Shown here: positions 12,378 through 23,482 of the stretch, piece by piece
How the letters are laid out: each line of letters opens with the position of its first letter
How positions within the stretch are numbered: the stretch's first letter is position 1
Assembly (NCBI GenBank): GCA_051530055.1
Contig: CM121341.1
Location: forward strand, 8,968,784-9,032,783
Direction of reading: 5' to 3'
DNA from: Neoechinorhynchus agilis
Taxonomy: Eukaryota > Animalia > Acanthocephala
DNA length: 64,000 nucleotides
Position numbers and translations under genes: made by a program
Notes under the pieces: generated by a model
The model's database searches: none
What the model was told of the DNA's origin: nothing
Seen by the model: only the letters and a program-made list of their open reading frames with translations

Positions 12378-13645
12378 TTAGTGTTGAGCATAGTACCCGA
12401 TTTCGCCTTCTTCATGATCGTAATCAAGTTGTTCAGCAGATAGATCTCGTCTGGCTCGAGGACTATTAGATCGTCGACGTCCAGCGGCAGCAGCATCAAT
12501 CGCTCGCATCAACTCTTGAGGATTGAGTGCGGGCGATGAAGAGACCGATGAGGAAAAAGAGGACGGCGATCTTCTGTCTCGCTTTCTTCGATTGTTACGC
12601 TCGTCACATCGACGATTGTGCGATCGATTGATATTCGGCGGCGGCGGTGGTGGAGGCGGACTAATCGTACGGATCGGACGTATGCGCGCGCATATAAGAG
12701 GCAATGTATGGGGAAGAGAGATAAACTTACGACTGACGAACGGACCGGAGTACTCGAGGAAGAGGAGGTGGAATCGGCGGCGACCTCCTGTACTCGTAAC
12801 AGCGTTCTTCGTATCTGCGAGATCGTCTTGGTGATCGATGGTAATAATCATCATGGTGCCGTGAAGGCGGTGGAGTAGGAGATTGTCTGTGCGAAGGAAC
12901 GATAGGAGGCAAAGGAACACCCGTTTGGCTCGCAGCCAAAGCAACTGCGAAACGTCTTTGGTATTCAGGATCACTGGCAGCATAAGCAGCCGCTGCCCTG
13001 TTAACACAAAAATGACTAGGGTAACTCTCAAAATAAACTTACATAATCGCAGCCTGAGATACGTTTGCCTGGATTGACGGTGGTGGTGGTACCACGTACG
13101 ATTTATGACTATGGCGCCCATACCCGCCGGATCTTCTATCATCAGACCTTTCCCTGAATCGAGTGACTGGACTCGGTCGATGCGGACTCCTCGATCTACG
13201 ACGATCACTCTCGTATGATCTATAGTGTTCCTGATGTCGATGGGAATGATGAAGCTGATTAGTGTAACTGTCACTTTCACGGTAACCACCACCTCGCATG
13301 TTAGCGGCGGACGGTTGGTTTTCTCGACGAGCCATTTCTACTCTTAAAAATGAACCATTCCATTCGCGACCTATTTTTAAAGAAATAGAAGCAGAAACAC
13401 CCAATTAATACCGAAACTGTCTCTTTAACCAACTACAAACCATCACATCGCTTTATCGCCTGCTGAGCTTCATCCCAACTCTGATATTCCACAAATGCAA
13501 ACTTCTTGTTCTCGTCAACGTAAACCGAGTATAAGTGACCGTATTTTTGAAAAAGACGAATAATGTCAGGCTTCCGGTTCTCACCGAGATTACCCACGTA
13601 AATTTTAGAACGAGGAATTCGAGATCCACGTGGAGAACGAGACAT
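12378..13645 (-). CDS. SR-family splicing factor (single N-terminal RRM plus RS/Pro-rich tail; SRSF3/7-like)
   Basis: RNP2 KIYVGNL and RNP1 KKFAFVEY; G|REWNGSFLRVEMAR after a 70-nt GT-AG intron (13440-13371); two further GT-AG introns (45 and 70 nt) join the RS/P-rich exons in frame. Confidence 0.85.
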
Positions 13646-13994
13646 CTCTAAAAAAGGCGAAACCAACATGAGAATAACAAATCTTACATAATCCAGAATT
13701 TATCGATATCGGGAAACATCAACTAAAAGTACGCCGAAAGCAAACACAAAATTGTAGATTCTTTCGTGTCCAATCTTGGAAAAAATGTCACATTTTTTAC
13801 TAAACGATTAAAGTTAAATATTTTAAAAAAATTTCCAATTAAAAATGTTGGCTGTTAACGGCGATCACAGATATTGTTCAGTACGGGTGAAAACGTAGTA
13901 ATTTAGAAACTAAAGAATCCAAAACGATTGCGTCATCAAAATATTCAATTTTTTTGCAGTTCTCAGCGATTTTTTTTCAATCAATCTTCATCTC

Positions 13995-14515
13995 TCGACA
14001 ATTAACACACTCACCACCTCCCACCAAATTCCAGCTTTTGTCCTTCCTCGACCGTCGCCATCACGCTGGCAGCATTGCCCCGTTGTACTGCTAGCGAGAT
14101 ATTTTGTCGAAGAAATAAGCCTGCTCTTGAGTCTCCGGTTGCCTCTCTCAATTTCTTCGAGAGATCCTGGAGCAGAGAGAGTGCCGAGCTGCCGAGCGCT
14201 GCATACGTCTCTACCCCAAAGGGGACAAAATAGTGAGCCCTCGATAAGTGAAGATATTTCCGTGTTTTCCTCCCTTGCGCTGCACTGGCGGCACCACCGG
14301 CGATTTCGAGGGAGTAGGGGATGTTGCTGGCTGCGAGGGACGTGGCGTCCCAGAGAAGGCATTTGCCCTCCCGCCACGGAAAGACCGAAACTCCGTCAGG
14401 TCGACAACCGTCTAGTCGACAAAGATGGGCGGGTTCCAGGATGTTCGGGAAGTTCGCCGTTCTCAAGTTTGGCTATGCACCAGAAATTATGCTTCCTTCG
14501 ATTTTTTCGCTTTGT
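13995..14515 (-). mobile_element. 5'-truncated CRE-clade element, RLE domain and 3' end
   Basis: EPAHLCRLDGCRPDGVSVFPWREGKCLLWDAT..K..KY..FVPFGVET..FLRQNISLAVQRGNAASV is the PD-(D/E)xK restriction-like endonuclease with the RGNA motif typical of CRE-like elements. Confidence 0.95.
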
Positions 14516-15044
14516 AATTCAGTTCCTTCATCCATATCGCGTTTTCAATAGGTCACTAGCGATGATTTGACTTGTTTTTCAAATGACGAAGCGCATTTTT
14601 TATTGCCGAAAATGGACATGCGGCTTTCAGTGTAAAATAATCGATTAAAGTTCGCTAGAAATATCTTTTAACGTATTAACAGTTTTTGTTGGTAGTTGAA
14701 TTATTCAAAATTAAAGTAAATCGGAAAAAGAAATAAGTTTGCTACGAATGGAACTACTTTCAAATAAACTTTTATTAAATTTTTTAAACGTAATCGTTAA
14801 TAGAGATGTTCTTCTTACGAATTAAAATTCTAAAATCACTTGAAGAAAAAAAAGCTTGTTAGCATTTTTACACATAAAAGTTAAGATCAAGAGCTAAATG
14901 AAATATAACACGAATGTTGATTTGCGCGATTTTTAATAATTCTATATTAGAAAAGACCGAATACCGCAAAATGCACTGCTTGAATTTTCAAGTTTAATAA
15001 ATTCAACTCTCATCAAAAACACAGTTGATTGACATTAAGTCTTT

Positions 15045-17034
15045 TTAGTTTAATTTATCATCCAATTGGATGCTATCGTTTAAATTCATTGGCTCAGTTT
15101 CCAAATCTTCATCTTCTATGTATGCCCAGCTTTGTAGCTTTCCGCTAGCAAGCAGATCGAATAAAAGTGCGCTTAAAAGATAAATGCCACAGAATGACAA
15201 TAGAACGTTTTGCCATCCACTTTTTTCTCCTTGCTAAACATTTTCGCCATATTTCTAAAAGTTTTTTTCGCTGCTTACAGCTGCATCTTTGATTAAGTCG
15301 ACCAAGAAATTCAGAACCGTCCCAACGACATTGGAAATTACATTTCCGAGCGTGAATACCACCCCGGAAAACACACCAGCAAAGTCGCTAACATTCAATG
15401 GATATCCACCTCCGATTATTAGACCGCTAAATATTCGATAATGAATAATGGAGCTTAATGGGCCGAATGTTTATTACTGTGATCCGAAACCAATCGATAG
15501 ACATAATCCTGCAAGAACGATTTGATCTCGTTTTAAATATGGCATCGGGATTAAGCAAACCGCGGCACCAACACATCCTGTTATTAGAACGCTTAATCGT
15601 TTTAAATACTACTTAAAACCAACCAATCGTCAGGAATATCTTTGTGGCCGCAGTTCTACTGAGCCATCCTCTGTTTATAAGGAAAGCTGCCAAACTTCCA
15701 GATGAAATTATGGCAATGAGATTAGTGATATAGGGAATCGATGTTACAATGGAAAGCTTAAGAAAAGTGATACAGAGGTTAAGCATTTTTCTTGTGCTAT
15801 TTTTTTACCGTCGTTGGAGTCGACTCAAACGATTCACTGATATAGTCTGGAATAATTGTCCAAGTAGCATATAGACCGACATCAGAGAAAACTATTCCGG
15901 CTAGAAACCCCAGGAATGATCGGGAAAGGATAATCTTCTTATATGGAACGGTCTAAAAATTAAAGTGCTGGCATGTGAACTCAGAACTTCGATTGAAAGT
16001 TTACCAGTTTTTTGTTTTCATGAGTCGGACGACCGATCTTATTTGAGGTTATGTACATTATCTCTTCTAGAGAGATAAATCGATTTGTTTGTGGATCACT
16101 TGAAAGGAGAATTAAATCGAGCACAATAATAATCAGGCCCAATATTGCTATGGCTGAAAATTAGGCGCAAAATTTTAAAAATATTTAACTTACATAAAAC
16201 GTAAAAGTATATTGAGTATCCTTGGACGAGATAATCGAGATTTGCTGTAGGTGTATTTATGCTGCACAGTGGACCCGATAAAAGTACGGCTAAAAATGGT
16301 CCGACGGTTGAACCTTGTAAAAAAATGATTTGTGTAAATGCAAAATCCTTTAAAATCGAACCAGCACTAATAATGCTGAGATGTATACTTCTTTCATCTT
16401 CAGGCGACCAATAAGAAACCATCATCATAGCGAATGGCCATATAAATCCCTGTTTTTGGAAAAGGACTATTTTCACAAAAAAAATCGATTTGAACTGTGA
16501 ACCTGTGCAAATCCGGTAATAAATCTAACGATGGCCAGAAATATCCACGACGCGTGAGCCGCAAATGGAATTATGAAAGTAGTGACAAAGACGACTGTTT
16601 GAGTTGTAACAATCGTCACTCTGATCCCAACTTTCTTAGTAATCCATCCTGAGAATATTTGTGATATTGCGTATCCGATAAATACCATGCCAATAAGCGT
16701 CGATCGGACACTATTGGACCACTCATAACACGTAAAAGCCTGATTAAAATTTCATGTTAGCGATCGTCTTTTTCTTGAAGTACCTTTGTATCATTCGTAG
16801 TTTGATTTGCTGTCTCGTTGCTTTTACATCGCATATAATTTAAGGCAGCGAAAAAGCCGTTTTTTTCTGCGTACATTATGGAGACATTAGCCAAAGACAA
16901 AATCGTGATTAACATTCTGTACGAGCACACAGTTCCAATAAATTTACCTGTTTAAAATTCATCGTTTTTTTATTGATCAAAAAAAACAATTCTAACTTCT
17001 TTCCTTCATCTTCACCGTATTTCGTTGTTAACAT
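15045..17034 (-). CDS. SLC17-like MFS anion transporter, left copy
   Basis: Mirror image of 30648-32637, with only scattered differences seen. Confidence 0.85.
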
Positions 17035-17172
17035 GAGTAAAAGAAGAAAACGTCTGCGTCTTAGGCGAAGGAAACGTGATTCAATTTTTCGGATTATTCA
17101 GAAAGCTTAGTTTTTAACGCAAATGCAAAATTGTCTAAAAAAATTTTAGACCTTACAATGCGCTCGTAAGTT

Positions 17173-17620
17173 TCAGCAATTTTTTCGACGAAAAAATATT
17201 CTCAATGGTGAATTGTTACACTTTTCGAGCTTTATTAATTCAAAATATGCAAAAAACTTACAAGCAATGCTTGAGAAGGCGGCTGAGGTTTTGAAAATTC
17301 GCAATGAAGAGTTCATTAATAAAACTCGAGTGTGCAACGATTCGCCATTGAGAATACACAACCACTCCAAGGAACAATTGGATAGAAAAAAAATAATACT
17401 TCGTATTTTTCCCATGTTTAAGATGAATAAAATTTACAATTAATCGTTTAATTTTGTCAATAATCAAAGCGTTCAGATAACACCATTCAAGAGTTTCTAA
17501 AGAAATCACTGGTGCAAATATAATTTGGAAGTATCGCTTTCTGTTTAGTAAAACTCGGTATTTCGAAAAAAACACATTTAATGATTTCACTTGGGCGTAC
17601 GGTTCATTGAATATCTTCAA
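17173..17620 (-). CDS. Possible hypothetical protein (mirror at ~30062-30509,+)
   Basis: Overlapping ORFs broken at homopolymer runs; no recognisable motif. Confidence 0.25.
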
Positions 17621-18458
17621 ATTATCTCTGAAAAATAATAATTTATCGCCGTTTCGTTCTTCGTCGTCTCTCGTTCGAATTACAACTTCAATGTTAAAAT
17701 ATTTATATTTTGTTGAACAAGTTTACTTCAAAGGAAAATGTAGCGGAGAATTCGGTTTCGGCAAAGTTAAAAACTCAATTTAGTTAATATGATTTTTGTT
17801 TTTGTGAACCATAACTATTTTCTGTTATAATTTAAAGAGCAAATTCACGAATAGTCACCATGTTCTCGATTTTAAAACGCCGCAATTTCGCAGTTCAAAA
17901 GTCCGAGAAGAAAATCTTCGATAAAAATCAACCCGTACTTAATTTTCAATGTGATTAAAAATATCGACATTTATGCTTATTTGGAATTTAAGACGTTTAA
18001 ATAATCAAATTGTTTTTCACTTAGCATCGACCATTTACTTTGCCACTAATTATTTGATTATAAAAAGAGATGGCATATGCGATTTTATCGATCGGTTAAT
18101 GATAATAAAGATGTATTAATGAAGAATCAAATCAGATAAGAAAAATAATTAATGTCAAACCGAATCAGAATCTTACGTTATTCGATTTAAGCCAATCAAA
18201 GAAGACGTCGATGCATAAAGCCGGCGGTAATGGGCCATTAAAGACTACGAAATAAATCGGCAAGTAATTAATAAGCATCAATCGGCGTTCATAAATGATC
18301 AACAACCGATTTGCGTGGTAAATATTTGCCAAAACCTGTAATTAATAACACGTTTATGAGAAAGCGTGTAATTTTCTCAGAACCAACATCGATCTCTTTT
18401 AGGAAAGGTCTATTGGTTTGAGATCTCATAGAATAAAGTGTTCATTCTTAAATTAGAA

Positions 18459-19934
18459 ATGTCAACCATAACTTACAACGAAGCAGCCTTTAAAACGGCT
18501 TCATTACGGGAACTATTTGCAACAATACGGATTTACGTCGACGAAAAGAATAGAGTAAAAAATGAGGAAATTGCAGAAAAACTAATTCGCGAGATCGTAC
18601 AACGAGATATTTCAGCCAATGACGTACAAGAACTCATGATTGAAGGTTTCGTTGACGCCATTAAAATCAATCCGAACAACGAATCTCTCCATTGTTTAAT
18701 AGAGGAGCTATGTGAACAAATCGCATCAGCGAATAATAAGAAAAAATCTAACACAAAGAATAGAAGAAATTCACTGAAATCAGAAAAGGCAAATAATGAG
18801 AAAAATAATAACAATGAAAAGCTGAAGGCGGTTTCAAAAGTGAAGCTAAAAAATAAAGAAGACAAAAAATCGTCGAAGAAAACAAACCAAACTAAAAATG
18901 GTAATAATGAAAACAATACCTGTTCCAAGAAAATCAGCTACCTGAAGAAAGAACGACAGAAGATAAACTTTGACCAAATCTAAATGAAGAATTTTCTGTT
19001 TCTCCAAACACAGTTAGAAAGTCCCCGGAAATTAAAATGGAAAGTCAGCGAGGCACCAAGTCGCAGTCAAGAAATAACAACGGCGAATCGATACTGATCA
19101 CGCAAGTTCGAATTTCGTCGTGTTCACCGTTCAAATGACGATGTCCGTTTGACAGCTCCACCGCCGGGCACTTATCTTCGATCGAACAAGGAGGATCATC
19201 TTGACTATGGATATGAACCGAATTATTCCCATGGATTTTCCGATCAAATAATGGAGACTGGGATGAGTTTTAATGGAGAGTCACAATCCGAAAGTGTGAG
19301 TCAAGTTCAGATGCCGAGAGTGGCCATAGCAAGTCCTCCGGAATCTCAAAAATACTATTCGATGGCCATGAACAATGACGTTTCACATCAAAATGCGATG
19401 GTACCTCAAAGGCCGAGAACGTTCTTCTACAACCGACCACCGATTCGAATTCCGAACACGGCAATCCAGACGAACGCATACAGATATCCCGGATACTTCA
19501 ATACGCAACCAACTTTGCAAACAGCTCCATATTCTCAATATTGCATTAATAATATGAACAATGGAGCATCGCCGGCGATGTATCCATCAACTGGTGCCCC
19601 GACAGCCGCAGGACCGATGGCATCGCCTCCATCACAGGCTGGATACAGGTTCCAAGGTCAAATTTTTTCTGGCTATGATTATCCGTCGACGAATTTTAAT
19701 CAAACTCCCCCAACAATTAGGAACAATACAACTCAAATGGCCACGAATAATGCCTATATTTCGATGACACCGGCAATGATGCAACCATCGCCAATAAGAA
19801 CCAATATGGCACCGAACTTTATGGCTGGCATGAATCCACCTTATAATGCAGGTCCAACTGTAGCCGTAAAGCGCCATTCGCAGAACGGTGGGTTTGGCGG
19901 TCAACCAACGGTTATAAAAATGGTTAGACGCTGA
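18459..19934 (+). pseudogene. Frameshifted copy of the 492-aa orphan ORF (or sequencing-error copy)
   Basis: Split into ORFs 18438-18983 and 19149-19934; clustered indels at ~18890-19130 relative to the intact mirror 27745-29223. Confidence 0.7.
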
Positions 19935-21499
19935 ATTCTAGTACCCAAAGTTCATCATATTTTATAGTTATTATATTTACACAACTTATTAGAATATAAA
20001 AAAGATTTGATTTTTTTCATTTGGAGAAAAGAAATTTAAATTTTTAGCAGAACAACCCGATGTAGTGTTTTCACTGATTTCTTAAAATCAATAATATTAC
20101 AATAAGCAGAATTCTTGCTTAAAATCAATTTGAAGTATTCGTTCAATCGATTATCGTTATCAATAAAGTTTGAGTGTAGAAACATGCAATGAGAAATATC
20201 AACAACAACATTTTATTAATCACCAGCGTAGACGTTTAGCATTTAAGCGAATGAAACTCCTCAACGCTTGCTAATTAATTTCCAAGGAATCGACTTTTGA
20301 ACGTGGACGAATGCACTAAATCAACTGAATTACTTTTATTGCATTGATATCGAATTAACGCAACTTGCGTTAGTTTTTTAATTTCTGATAAGAGGAATTT
20401 GTTATGGACTCAAACGTCCAGCTGAAACTTTTTCGAGTACAATTTTGTTAAGTTTAGAAATAGCACAAAGACTTCCTCAATTGGGTCCGATGAAATCGTT
20501 ATAATTTATTTGCACGATATTGGCATTGCGGATACAAGCAATGAATAATTTCTTAAAATGAAAATTAAATTCTCTGTCGTCGTAGTGATTAATTTATCCA
20601 ATCATCAAAATTTGACAGCAAGGGAAAAAATCGATGCACAGCCCAGCTCATTTTTTTACAGGAGGAACTATCCTGTCCTCGGATCGCCAGTGATTCGTCT
20701 CAATCTCTTGAACCGTAGTTACAAGGGAGAAACTGTTTCCTTGTTACAAAATTATTGGCAAATAATTCACAGCAAAGAAAAAAATCGATGATGAATAATC
20801 GCTATTTTATTTGGTAAACACAAAGTTTACTGGTATCGTTAGCACCAAATTAAATACTCATTCAATTTTTTCCCTAGACGCGCAATGAAACCAATTGTAA
20901 GAAACAAGCGAAGAGCGGCCAAAGAAAATTAACTCTTATAAAATTCTATTTGCTGATTAAATATCATTCATTGAATCAGGTTGCTAACAAAGCGAAGGAA
21001 GGTATCCATATACCGACGAAATCTGTGGAAATTTCAAATTAAAGACGTTCAATCAGTGATGATCGGTTTTAAAACTCATAGCTAATAAAACACGATTGAT
21101 TCGTCAGAGATTTGTACTCTAGAAGGATTTTGCGAATGCCATTAAAGGGGTGTAACTGCCCAAACCTCATAAATGAGGAAAATAATTTTAAAGGACCGCC
21201 ATGGTAAATAATTTTTACAATAAAAATGTTAGCACAGATAAGTTACTAATTAGTGGCACTTAAATGGATGGAAATTTTCTTTGTTTAAGAAGTCAATGAA
21301 AATTGCGACACATCCATCGTCTCGTTTGTAGTGTGAAAAACCAATCTTACAATGTAGATTCTGGGATTGGAATTGTGTTTTATTTCTAAGACAAGCTGCA
21401 CCATTTTTGCTCTCAATAAATAAGTCACTTTTAAACAATTTGGCAATTTTTAAACAATTGAAAAGCATTCAGCGTTCTTTGATTGGAAAGTGAAAATTT

Positions 21500-22260
21500 G
21501 ATTTCGAACTCACAGAATAGTCTTCGCAGTAATGAAATAAACAGCCTTATTTGGGGTTACGGAGGTGACCTTGAACATGCGATTCTCACTAAATGGCATT
21601 TTATCAACTGCGATTTCAATAATTGCTGTGTGCCATTCTTGCCAACTTGTTAATTTTCCACCACAATTAATAAGATCTCATAATGTCACCGAGGACACAA
21701 TCGTAACCGAAAAGAATGTTATAAAGACTAAGCTTAGCGTCCGAAAACAATTCCGAATTTAATGAAATTATTGGCTAGTACACAAATCAATCAAATTACT
21801 TTTAGGACCTGCCGAAAAATAATATTGTAGAACTACTGCATTGGAGCATTAGCAAAAATGAATTGTATTAAAATTTGAACACTTTTGTTAAAAAAACTTC
21901 AAATTTTATTCTTATTCATTTTTACATGCCATCGTTCCAATTTATAAGTTTCGATGAGAACGGAGGAACATCTTCATCCTCCACTGCTTCGCGCGTCCAG
22001 CAGCGCAGCTTCATCTGTGATAAAAATAGTTGGCTGCACGGCGAATCCTTGTTATTGTGCCATTTTCGTAACTTGGTTAAAAATTCTGCTTGGTCCGACG
22101 GCACCAATAGTTTTAAAGGCGAGAGAGTTTTCAAAATGTAGAGCGAAAAATCGAGGCATTTGTATTTCTCTTTTTCAACCACTTCACCGGCTCCTAAAAC
22201 TGTAAGGACCAAGTTGTCCTTAGCCATTGCATTCGCGCAGATGAAGTCCCAAGGCGACGA
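21500..22260 (-). CDS. Hypothetical/decayed member of an unknown multicopy family
   Basis: ORF MAKDNLVLTV..KEKYKCLDF..PSDQAEFL..WTREAVEDEDVPPFSSKLINW; a related sequence recurs at 63770-63910. Confidence 0.35.
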
Positions 22261-22299
22261 CTATAATCAGGTTTATTTGTTAATGCACAAAGCAAGGAA

Positions 22300-22810
22300 T
22301 CCATGTACCTTTGATTCCTCATAAACATTAGAGTGCTGATTTGTTTAATGAAGGCCATCATTAATCTGATTGGGAATATCCGGACAGGGGATGTCCGTTC
22401 TGGTATGGGTTCATTTCAGATTTTGATATCCGAGAATATTAGGCAATATAAAAAAAGGAGCGTTGGTAGAGGGAGGTGCGAGGTATAATAGGATTAAACG
22501 AATAGCGATTGTGAGTGATGTGCTCAAATTGTGGTGGTAGGGTTGATAGACGTTTTGATTGTTTGCTGACGTGCAGTGTGCGAGTCTTATTTCAAGTTTG
22601 ATTCAAACTGGAAACCCATAATCCTGAGGGGAAGATGAATCGCAGGATGTCATTTAGAAGCCCAGACGAGGATGTGGGATTGGCGGAGAATGAAAGGATC
22701 ATATCGAAGCATTTAGAGAAATTCGGTGGAGTTTGTGATTGGTGCAGAGGTTTTAATGAAAGAGAGAGGTGGGATGGTGAATGGGATAGGCTGACAGAAG
22801 AGGTCTGTTT
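22300..22810 (-). mobile_element. L2/CR1-like LINE RT fragment
   Basis: Same purine-skewed composition and shared strings (GGGATAGGCTGACAGAAGAGG, also at ~61567) with the other LINE pieces. Confidence 0.7.
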
Positions 22811-23482
22811 TTTGAACCGTTAGCTTTCTTCCCTTTGCACTTTTTGACTTCGACCAACTGTTCATTGATTTGTTTGTAAGTTTAGAGTAGAGGACGAGAG
22901 GGTAGACGATGTAACTGTTGAAGCGCCCTCCAGTCTTTTGCCGCCACCTCGGCTTAAACCATCGGTGTCGAGGAGAGATCATAGCATTACGTTTTAGAGT
23001 ATTCACCATGCTTTTTCGATTGCTCCTGACTTTTCGATCAATTGAGACCGTGGGATCCTGGACTGTCCCCTTCTTCTCACCGTACTTGAATTTCACAGGG
23101 ATTTAGCAAACCACGGATCAAAGGAGCGGTCAGCTATCATAGTATCAATCGACGGGATCCCAAATATATTGGGAGCGATGATTGACATCACGCCGAGTCG
23201 GAAAGTTCAACCTTCATGATTCCGGTCATTATGTGATCGTCCTCTTCGTCAAGCATGGCGAGAGTTTCGCCTCGGAAATACGGTGTTCAGCGAATGAGGG
23301 TAAGGCGGCACCCAAGGATAGAATTAGGCGTCTTGTTTCGCCAATTTCCCCCCTTTCCCGCCGCTACTTCACTCTGTTGATGACTGATTTTGTTAAATTA
23401 TCGCGCCGAGAGTAAGTTTTTCAACTGTCTAAAAATACACCGCGGATGAGCATACGAAAGTTCGCAAAGTTTATTGGCAATT

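Larger units (their letters stand above)
14516..20710. repeat. Left arm of ~6.2-kb inverted duplication
   Basis: Reverse complement of 26753-33166; paired coordinates sum to ~47682 (14516/33166, 17034/30648, 18459/29223). Confidence 0.97.

Noticed and set aside
12523-13077. Plus-strand ORFs over the SR gene, and similar antisense ORFs over SMC6, RPB6 and the ALYREF-like gene
   Set aside because: Shadow frames of real coding sequence with no independent motifs.
18890-19130. Programmed frameshifting in the left copy of the orphan ORF
   Set aside because: The mirror copy is intact; the differences look like sequencing error or decay.
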